IMG/VR virus record: IMGVR_UViG_3300020177_000966
From: a virus
Lineage: Duplodnaviria > Caudoviricetes
Direction: 5' to 3' (one strand)
DNA: 64,000 nucleotides
Below are positions 57,211 through 64,000 of this stretch, in pieces. The stretch's first letter is position 1; each line of letters begins with the position of its first letter. Position numbers and translations under genes: made by a program. The notes under the pieces were generated by a model. That model did no database searches and was not told where the DNA came from. It saw only the letters and a program-made list of their open reading frames with translations.

Positions 57211-58682
57211 AAATAGTTATTGTCGGTGGAGGCACTGCCGGCTGGCTAGCCGCGCTAATGATTTCAAAAATACGTTCTGAACATAAAGTTACTGTAATTG
57301 AAAGCTCTAAGATAGGTATTATCGGTGCTGGTGAAGGATCAACTGGATCACTAACTAACATTGTACAAAATGAGATGTGGGATCTTGGATGTAATGAACA
57401 AGATTTTATTAAAGAATGTGATGCTACTATTAAACTAGGTATTAAACATATTGGGTGGAACAAAGATCCTAGTAAGTTTTACATAGGTCCAATTGACGGT
57501 AGCCCAACATCAAATGATCGGTCTGATCTTATTTTTCAGCATGCACTAGGTTACCGAGATAATAACTTATTACATATTTCAACAGAATTAGGTTATAAAA
57601 TACATCATAATAAAAACAGTTTTGTAGAGCCAGCAGGAAATCACGCTTATCATTTTGATGCTCACAAAGTAGGACAATACTTTAAAAAGATTAGTAATGC
57701 TGAACATATTGACAGTGAAGTAAATGATGTTATACTTAACAGTGAGTCAGGATACATTGAAAAACTAAATTTATCTAATGGTCAATCTGTAATTGGAGAT
57801 ATGTTTATTGATGCTAGTGGATTTAATCAAGTGCTAATGAAAGCAGTAGGTGGAAAATGGAAAAGTTATAAAGAAAACTTGCCTGTAAATAGTGCCTTAC
57901 CATTTTTATTACCGTATGAAGATGATGAAATTATTGAACCTGTTACTAATGCATGGGCGCAGAACAATGGATGGTGTTGGCAGATTCCGACAAAGAATCG
58001 GAGAGGATGCGGATATGTATTTTGTGATGACTTTGTTACCCCTGATCAAGCACATGCTGAACTAGAGCAAACAATTGGACGCAAAGTTGATCCAATTAGA
58101 TTATTAAAGTTTGATAGTGGCCGTCAAGAAAAGTTGTGGATTAAAAACGTATTGTCAATTGGCTTGTGTGCGGCGTTTGCTGAACCGTTAGAAGCAACTA
58201 GTATTCATACAACTATTTTCCAATTAAAACATTTTATATTTGGTTGTTTAGGATCACATGTCCAAGAAACATGTAATGATGCACAAGTAGAAAACTACAA
58301 TAAAGTTAATGGACACTTGTACGATACAATGAAAGATTTTCTTGTAGCACATTATACCTGCGGCAGAAATGATACAGAATTTTGGAAACATATTGATAGC
58401 GGTGCAACAAAAACTGATTTTGTAAACTCCATTCACGAAATATGCAAACACAGAGTTCCTAATGCTACACTATTTCCAAGACAAGAAGGAAGTGCCGGAT
58501 GGCCACTATGGAGTTTTGTTTTAACTGGTACTGGCGCATTAACAGATATAGTTGCACGTAAAGAATTGAACTATAATAATGATGTAGTGTTAAGTGATAG
58601 TGCATATCTATACCATGTTCAACAACATCATATGAAGTCAGAAAATTTACCCGATAACACAAAATATATAAGAGGAATGTAA
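57207..58682 (+). CDS. flavin-dependent (tryptophan) halogenase-like protein
   Basis: IVGGGTAG, IGAGEGS, ATIK, FIDASGF, GWCWQIP, FAEPLEATSI. Confidence 0.88.
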   Translation: MKIVIVGGGTAGWLAALMISKIRSEHKVTVIESSKIGIIGAGEGSTGSLTNIVQNEMWDLGCNEQDFIKECDATIKLGIKHIGWNKDPSKFYIGPIDGSPTSNDRSDLIFQHALGYRDNNLLHISTELGYKIHHNKNSFVEPAGNHAYHFDAHKVGQYFKKISNAEHIDSEVNDVILNSESGYIEKLNLSNGQSVIGDMFIDASGFNQVLMKAVGGKWKSYKENLPVNSALPFLLPYEDDEIIEPVTNAWAQNNGWCWQIPTKNRRGCGYVFCDDFVTPDQAHAELEQTIGRKVDPIRLLKFDSGRQEKLWIKNVLSIGLCAAFAEPLEATSIHTTIFQLKHFIFGCLGSHVQETCNDAQVENYNKVNGHLYDTMKDFLVAHYTCGRNDTEFWKHIDSGATKTDFVNSIHEICKHRVPNATLFPRQEGSAGWPLWSFVLTGTGALTDIVARKELNYNNDVVLSDSAYLYHVQQHHMKSENLPDNTKYIRGM

Positions 58683-59953
58683 TGATCAAAGTTTATGGCG
58701 ATGTAATGTTAGATCGATGGATTATCGGAGAAGCATCTAGGATTAGTCCGGAAGCACCTGTACCAGTATTGCTCGAAACACATCAAGAATTAAAACCAGG
58801 AGGCGCTGGCAATGTTGCATTAAATATTTCTAGTTTAGTTGGTGAAATTAGTTTATACGGTGCCATATCTACAGATAAAGAAGGATATCAGCTCGTCGAA
58901 TGTTTTGATAAAAATACAAATATTGATTTTAATGTAGTAATGGATGCAAATGTAACCACTAGTAAAAATAGAGTAGTAGGACAAAATGGACAACAGATAG
59001 TACGATGGGACAGAGAAGAAAAATATTCTAATAATACTGCATTTGAAAAATTATTAAAAGAAATTAATAAAGACGATGTTGTTGTAATAAGCGATTATGA
59101 TAAAGGTGTAATTAGAAAAAATACTGTACAAACCTTAGTATCTAAAGGATGTAAAGTAATTGTTGATCCTAAACAATCACCTGATTTTTATGATGGTGCA
59201 TTTTTAGTAAAACCTAATATGAAAGAATATACTGAATGGTTTGGTGAATTTAAAAAAGAATTAGCTATTGTACATCTTAAAAATCATAACTGGAAATATC
59301 TCGTAGTCACAGACGGTGCAAACGGAATGCATGTACTATGTAACGATTTAACCTACAGGCATTTTAAAGAACCTGTTAAAGAAGTTGCTGATGTTACTGG
59401 TGCTGGTGATACTGCATTGGCAGTAATTGCATATGGAATTAACGAAGGTATGGATATTTTTAAAGCATGCGAACTTGCATGCTATGCAAGTGCAAGATCT
59501 GTTGAACATCGTGGAGTGCATGTTGTAACAATGCGTGATATTAAAAGAAAAGTAATATTTACAAATGGAGTGTTTGATGTACTACACGCCGGACACTTAG
59601 AATTGTTAAAATATGCAAAAAGTAGAGGTGATAAATTAGTAGTTGGTGTTAATAGTGATGCTAGTGTTCAAAGATTAAAAGGTTCTAATAGACCAATTAA
59701 CGATATTGCTACACGTATTGAACAACTTGAAGTGCTTCCTTGGGTAGATGAAGTAAAGGTATTTACAGAAGATACCCCAGAAAATTTGCTCAAAATAGTC
59801 AATCCAGACTTGATTATTAAGGGCGGAGACTATATAATAGAGACTGTAGTTGGTCATCAAGATTATAATGTAGAAATTTTTCCTACAGTTAAAGGAAAGT
59901 CAACCACAAATATAGTAGAGAGAATACATGAAAATTTTAGTAACAGGACATAA
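58682..59953 (+). CDS. hldE: bifunctional heptose-7-phosphate kinase/heptose-1-phosphate adenylyltransferase
   Basis: GDVMLD...RISPEAPVPV, DVTGAGD; C-terminal FTNGVFD.LH.GH...G.NSD.SV.RLKG. Confidence 0.92.
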   Translation: MIKVYGDVMLDRWIIGEASRISPEAPVPVLLETHQELKPGGAGNVALNISSLVGEISLYGAISTDKEGYQLVECFDKNTNIDFNVVMDANVTTSKNRVVGQNGQQIVRWDREEKYSNNTAFEKLLKEINKDDVVVISDYDKGVIRKNTVQTLVSKGCKVIVDPKQSPDFYDGAFLVKPNMKEYTEWFGEFKKELAIVHLKNHNWKYLVVTDGANGMHVLCNDLTYRHFKEPVKEVADVTGAGDTALAVIAYGINEGMDIFKACELACYASARSVEHRGVHVVTMRDIKRKVIFTNGVFDVLHAGHLELLKYAKSRGDKLVVGVNSDASVQRLKGSNRPINDIATRIEQLEVLPWVDEVKVFTEDTPENLLKIVNPDLIIKGGDYIIETVVGHQDYNVEIFPTVKGKSTTNIVERIHENFSNRT

Positions 59954-60764
59954 AGGCTTTATTGGAAGTCACATTGCAAATTATATGTTGCATAAAGGGC
60001 ACGAGGTTGAAGGTTTTGAATATGTTGAAAACGTTGTTCCGGCAGTAGATCAATATGATTGGGTAATTCATACTGGTGCAATTTCAGATACGACAGAAAG
60101 AGATATTGAAAAAGTTTGGGCTCATAATTACGAGTTTACGCTAAGGCTATTGCAAGTTTGTGATAATTACGGCACAAATATTCAACTAGCAAGTAGTGCA
60201 AGTGTGTATGGTCCATATACCGATTTTAATGAAGATGCGCCAAAATATCCGCAAACACCTTATGCTTGGAGCAAATACTTAGTTGATAAATTTCTAGTTG
60301 ATCATGGAATTTATCAACCAGACTCATTTCAAATGAATGTACAGAGCTTCCGTTATTTTAACGTATACGGTCCTGGAGAAGGTCATAAAGGTGATCAAAT
60401 GAGTCTTGTAAGCAAGTTTCAGCGTCAAGCAGAACAAGACGGTGTTATTAAACTTTTTAAAAACAGTGATCAGTATAAACGTGATTGTGTCTGTGTATAT
60501 GATATAGTGCGTATACACGAACAAATGATGGAACAAGATGTTAGCGGTATCTATAATGTTGGAACTGGTAACGCAATTAGTGTAGAAAAAGTTGCTCAAT
60601 TAGTTGCTGAAAAACATAATGCAACTATTGAATATATTGATATGCCTGATAAACTTAAAGGACAATATCAAGAATATACATGTGCAGATAATGCAAGATT
60701 ACATAATACAATTCCAATTAGACATTGGATTACTGTGGAGGAATATTTAAATGGAGCCAACTAG
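59928..60764 (+). CDS. hldD: ADP-L-glycero-D-manno-heptose 6-epimerase-like SDR
   Basis: TGHKGFIGS, ASSASVYG, YAWSK, RYFNVYGPGE.HKG. Confidence 0.88.
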   Translation: MKILVTGHKGFIGSHIANYMLHKGHEVEGFEYVENVVPAVDQYDWVIHTGAISDTTERDIEKVWAHNYEFTLRLLQVCDNYGTNIQLASSASVYGPYTDFNEDAPKYPQTPYAWSKYLVDKFLVDHGIYQPDSFQMNVQSFRYFNVYGPGEGHKGDQMSLVSKFQRQAEQDGVIKLFKNSDQYKRDCVCVYDIVRIHEQMMEQDVSGIYNVGTGNAISVEKVAQLVAEKHNATIEYIDMPDKLKGQYQEYTCADNARLHNTIPIRHWITVEEYLNGAN

Positions 60765-61170
60765 ACTTGAAGGCAAAGTAGATAAAGGTTGGGGATATGA
60801 ACTAATCTGGGCAACTAATGACAAGTACTGTGGTAAGATTATGGTGTTTGATCGCGTTGGGGCAAAATTTAGTATGCATTTTCATAAAGAAAAAGACGAA
60901 ACATGGTTTGTAAACAACGGAAGATTTTTGTTAAAATGGATCGATACTGAAACTGCTGAATTTAAATCGCAAGAACTTACTGAAGGAATGACTTGGCATA
61001 ATCCTCCTCTTCAACCTCATCAAGTAGTATGTATGGAAGCAGGTAGTAGTATTACAGAGGTAAGTACTCCTGACAGTGTAGAAGATAATTATAGAATTAT
61101 GCCAGGAGATAGTCAAAAAAAATCTCAGGCAATACCTGAGATTCTTTCCGATGAAAGTACGGGCTGTTAA
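60751..61170 (+). CDS. cupin-domain protein (sugar isomerase-like)
   Basis: KGWGYE, SMHFHKEKDETW, PLQPHQ. Confidence 0.8.
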   Translation: MEPTRLEGKVDKGWGYELIWATNDKYCGKIMVFDRVGAKFSMHFHKEKDETWFVNNGRFLLKWIDTETAEFKSQELTEGMTWHNPPLQPHQVVCMEAGSSITEVSTPDSVEDNYRIMPGDSQKKSQAIPEILSDESTGC

Positions 61171-64000
61171 GCCTGTGCTTCACCCCATTTAATAATAATA
61201 TTAGCATTTACAGGTTCACCTGACGTTTTATAAACGTTTAGTGCCAATACGTCTGGTCCGTTCGGGAACGTACCTCTACCACCTAATGTAGTATTTGTAA
61301 GTTCTTTCAACTGTCCTAAATCTAGTGTAGCTCTTTCTCCAGGTTGCGCAATGAACGAGAATACTGTTTCTCCTGGTTGTGCATACGGAGGCTGTTGGAA
61401 TGTAAAGTTAAACAAATCTCCTGGACTAACTGTACCATTAAACGAGTTATTAAAGTTAACTTTAAAGTATTCAATACCTCCTGATCCTGTAACACCAAAA
61501 GTTAACGGACCTTGAATACTGTTAACCGCTGTACCTGAAGGCATAGTAATATCAGGTTGGTTAGTTGGATCTCCTGCCGCGTCGCCTAATGCTGTGCCTG
61601 CTCTTGCACCTGATGCGTCCCAAACAGCTTTAGTAAAGAATGCATAAGAAGCGTTATCTAGATCGCCACCTTTTTCAAATGTTTGTATAGCACCGTTGCC
61701 ACTGTTATTATTTGAGTTACGTGTAAAGTAAACTAAATATCTTCCGTAAATAGTCTGGTCTACAATTTGTTGAATTGTAGTTCCTGCTGGGAAGTATTCG
61801 TTGCCGCCGCCATCTGCATTTACAAGATCACCTGTAGATAAGTTAGCTTGTTCCCAAGATACTTGGTCAAAGTATGCATAGTTTCTATTTGTTCTAAAAG
61901 CCCACCATGGCATTAACTGCGCTGACGTTGTAACTTTTGGCATAACTGCCGCTGTAGTATATGTAGCAGTATCACCACTGTTCCAGTTAACACTACCGCC
62001 CGAAGCAACCTGAGCAAAACTTGGCTGTCCACCTTGTGCTAGTCCTGACAATCCTGTCCAACCAATATCGTTTGGATTGAGTGGGTAGTTTTGTGGATTA
62101 AGAATACCTTCAATAACAATACCACCGTAAATTGGTGCGTTAGAGTTGGTTGGATCAAGTCCGTCTGAGGTAATTTCTAGACCTTGCATAAGTAACTGCG
62201 CTCTGTTTAGTAGTTCTCTATCTCCTAAATCTCCAACAATAGCATTTGAAACACTAGGTGCTAGACGTAGCAAGAACGCTGTTTGTCTTGTTGTTGTCAC
62301 TGCCAGTCCTGTTTCTGTGTATGAGAAGATATAACCACGATCTTCGTCGAATCCGCCATCTGTAATAAACGCAGAACCCCAGTGACTAATAAGCGGAGTA
62401 ATTGTATTACTAATTAATACAACTCCTGTTCTAATCTCATGATTACTTGCTGGACCAGCTTGATATTGTCTATTGGCTCCAGCTTGGAAATTACTTAAGA
62501 ATGTCCCACGTGTACAGTTTAGAAGTCGTTTAGCAGTATGATCAATTGATGAATATGTAATAATTTCGTTATCAATATACACTGTACCGTTGTTTGGGAA
62601 GAACTTCGATTCTACTAACGGAATATAATCTTGAGTAGTATCCATGCTTTCCGCTAGTGCAGTAGTTGCACCTTCGTTAGTAACTTCATAACGCACAGGC
62701 AAGTTACCTGAACGCATAAATGCTTCTGTGTTTACGTTTGAGTTACGCATTCTGTGACAGAATACAAAGTTACCATCAGCACCACGTAGCATCCAGTCAA
62801 TAAAACCAGCACCATACCAACTGTATTGAATACCAATCATCTGCATGTATCTAACATCCATATTGTATCCACTTGGCCCTGTGCCGTCTAGTCTGTCTAA
62901 GTTCCATTCTTCTTGTAGAACTTTTTTATCTGTAATTAAGTTAATTTTGGCTGCACCTATTGAGCTAACACCTCTATAGTCTGGTGTTACAGTAATTTGT
63001 GAGTTTGAGTCAACGTTAGCAACAACGTGTGTCATACCTTTTAATACAATTCTATCACCAGCTTTTAACTGATCTCTAAATCTTGTATTAGTACCGTAAA
63101 GAACGTTATTATCCGGTGTAGCACTTACTGTTCCAGCTAATTGTTTTGTACTTGTTCTTTGGGCTACACTTACATTTTTACCGTCAAATTCCCAGTAAAT
63201 TCCGTTTTGATCGTCAAAGATGCCGGATCGTACTGTTGCACCATGCCAACTAACTACACTCATCTGTGCGGCAAATCCAAGTGTGGCTGTTGTACTTCCT
63301 AGTCTTCTTAAATTCTGACAGCGTAGTGTGCGCTCATCTACAATTTGTGTCACTATATATTCGCCGTTATACCCAGCTGTTTCAACTCCAATAAGTCTAA
63401 TTTTACCACCAACTTGTGCGCCGTGATCATTGTCGTCAGTAACGATAGTAATAGTATTTCCTAGTTCTGTGCCTGTTGATGTTACAGTACGTACATCATA
63501 ACTTGGAGCAAACAATGCACCAGTTGTGTACATAATACCTTTACCTGACTGATATCTAATATATTTTTTACTCTGACGAATTGCTTGCGCACCGTGTTGT
63601 GGACCACCTGTGCCTAACTGCACGCCGCCGTCATATGGTCTGTGAATAAAGAAACTGTCTGGACGCATATAAATGTTACCTTGAATCTTATCAACAGTAC
63701 TATCGCCGGCTGTGGCTTCTAAAATATTTCCTGGGGCTCTAGCATTGTATCTAAGTTTCTTAGTGGTCGGAATATTAATTGCAATAAACGAACCTGATGC
63801 TAACGAGTGATTATTAGTTCCTCCATCATCAGATGCAACGTCAACAATAAATGTATCACCTGGAACAATACCGTGTGCATACGGCCATGTAATTTCAATA
63901 GTTGCAAGTGCTTCAAAGTCGACTGCAGATCCTGAAGTAATTGTTTGAGTACTAAAGTCAGTAAGTGTAACACCGTTAACTAAATTTAAACTGCCGCCAC
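61167..64000 (-). CDS. large virion structural/tail-fibre-like protein, 5' part outside the window
   Basis: The part of the frame read by hand upstream of 63668 is open (GSFIAINIPTTKK...QGNIYMRP) and no start was recognised before the window edge; Gly/Thr/Asn-rich beta sequence. Confidence 0.75.
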   Translation of the reverse strand, partial: GGSLNLVNGVTLTDFSTQTITSGSAVDFEALATIEITWPYAHGIVPGDTFIVDVASDDGGTNNHSLASGSFIAINIPTTKKLRYNARAPGNILEATAGDSTVDKIQGNIYMRPDSFFIHRPYDGGVQLGTGGPQHGAQAIRQSKKYIRYQSGKGIMYTTGALFAPSYDVRTVTSTGTELGNTITIVTDDNDHGAQVGGKIRLIGVETAGYNGEYIVTQIVDERTLRCQNLRRLGSTTATLGFAAQMSVVSWHGATVRSGIFDDQNGIYWEFDGKNVSVAQRTSTKQLAGTVSATPDNNVLYGTNTRFRDQLKAGDRIVLKGMTHVVANVDSNSQITVTPDYRGVSSIGAAKINLITDKKVLQEEWNLDRLDGTGPSGYNMDVRYMQMIGIQYSWYGAGFIDWMLRGADGNFVFCHRMRNSNVNTEAFMRSGNLPVRYEVTNEGATTALAESMDTTQDYIPLVESKFFPNNGTVYIDNEIITYSSIDHTAKRLLNCTRGTFLSNFQAGANRQYQAGPASNHEIRTGVVLISNTITPLISHWGSAFITDGGFDEDRGYIFSYTETGLAVTTTRQTAFLLRLAPSVSNAIVGDLGDRELLNRAQLLMQGLEITSDGLDPTNSNAPIYGGIVIEGILNPQNYPLNPNDIGWTGLSGLAQGGQPSFAQVASGGSVNWNSGDTATYTTAAVMPKVTTSAQLMPWWAFRTNRNYAYFDQVSWEQANLSTGDLVNADGGGNEYFPAGTTIQQIVDQTIYGRYLVYFTRNSNNNSGNGAIQTFEKGGDLDNASYAFFTKAVWDASGARAGTALGDAAGDPTNQPDITMPSGTAVNSIQGPLTFGVTGSGGIEYFKVNFNNSFNGTVSPGDLFNFTFQQPPYAQPGETVFSFIAQPGERATLDLGQLKELTNTTLGGRGTFPNGPDVLALNVYKTSGEPVNANIIIKWGEAQA

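Noticed and set aside
287-63668. Many short antisense or alternate-frame ORFs in the track (e.g. 287-598, 2979-3206, 17379-17738, 28885-29304, 38615-38923, 42853-43272, 49073-49426)
   Set aside because: They lie opposite or within well-supported genes, lack SD/promoter signals, and read as shadow translations
1-64000. CRISPR array, tRNA or rRNA genes
   Set aside because: No regularly spaced 25-45 nt repeats and no cloverleaf/T-loop (GTTCRA) pattern found in the short intergenic gaps; an automated scan was not possible
1-64000. Stop-codon reassignment
   Set aside because: Conserved genes are full length under the standard code and end with TAA, TAG or TGA

Overview
A 64 kb segment of a large T4-like (myovirus) bacteriophage genome, standard genetic code, mostly minus-strand. 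It has four parts. (1) A short, more GC-rich left end (1-3.5 kb) of small accessory ORFs around a repeat- and hairpin-rich non-coding gap. (2) A replication/recombination module: DnaB/gp41 helicase, primase, a 186-aa miniature DnaE-like polymerase core, gp62-like clamp-loader subunit, UvsW, UvsY, UvsX and gp32. (3) An approximately 20 kb glycan biosynthesis/modification region: KdsA, KdsB, four KpsC/KpsS-like putative beta-Kdo transferases, GT8/GT25/GT9-like glycosyltransferases, a Maf/DUF115 protein, methyltransferases, and cytidylyltransferase-RraA and cytidylyltransferase-cupin fusions. (4) A morphogenesis module (terminase, gp4, tail tube, sheath, gp13/14/15) followed by Nudix, two flavin-dependent halogenase-like genes, HldE, HldD, a cupin and the 3' part of a long tail-fibre-like gene. 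Two promoter classes are directly visible: near-consensus sigma70 promoters before replication genes and T4-late-like NTAAATA boxes before structural genes, and both often sit so close to the ATG that mRNAs would be leaderless. No CRISPR array, tRNA, rRNA, intron or intein was recognised. All product calls come from motif recognition by eye; no database search was run.
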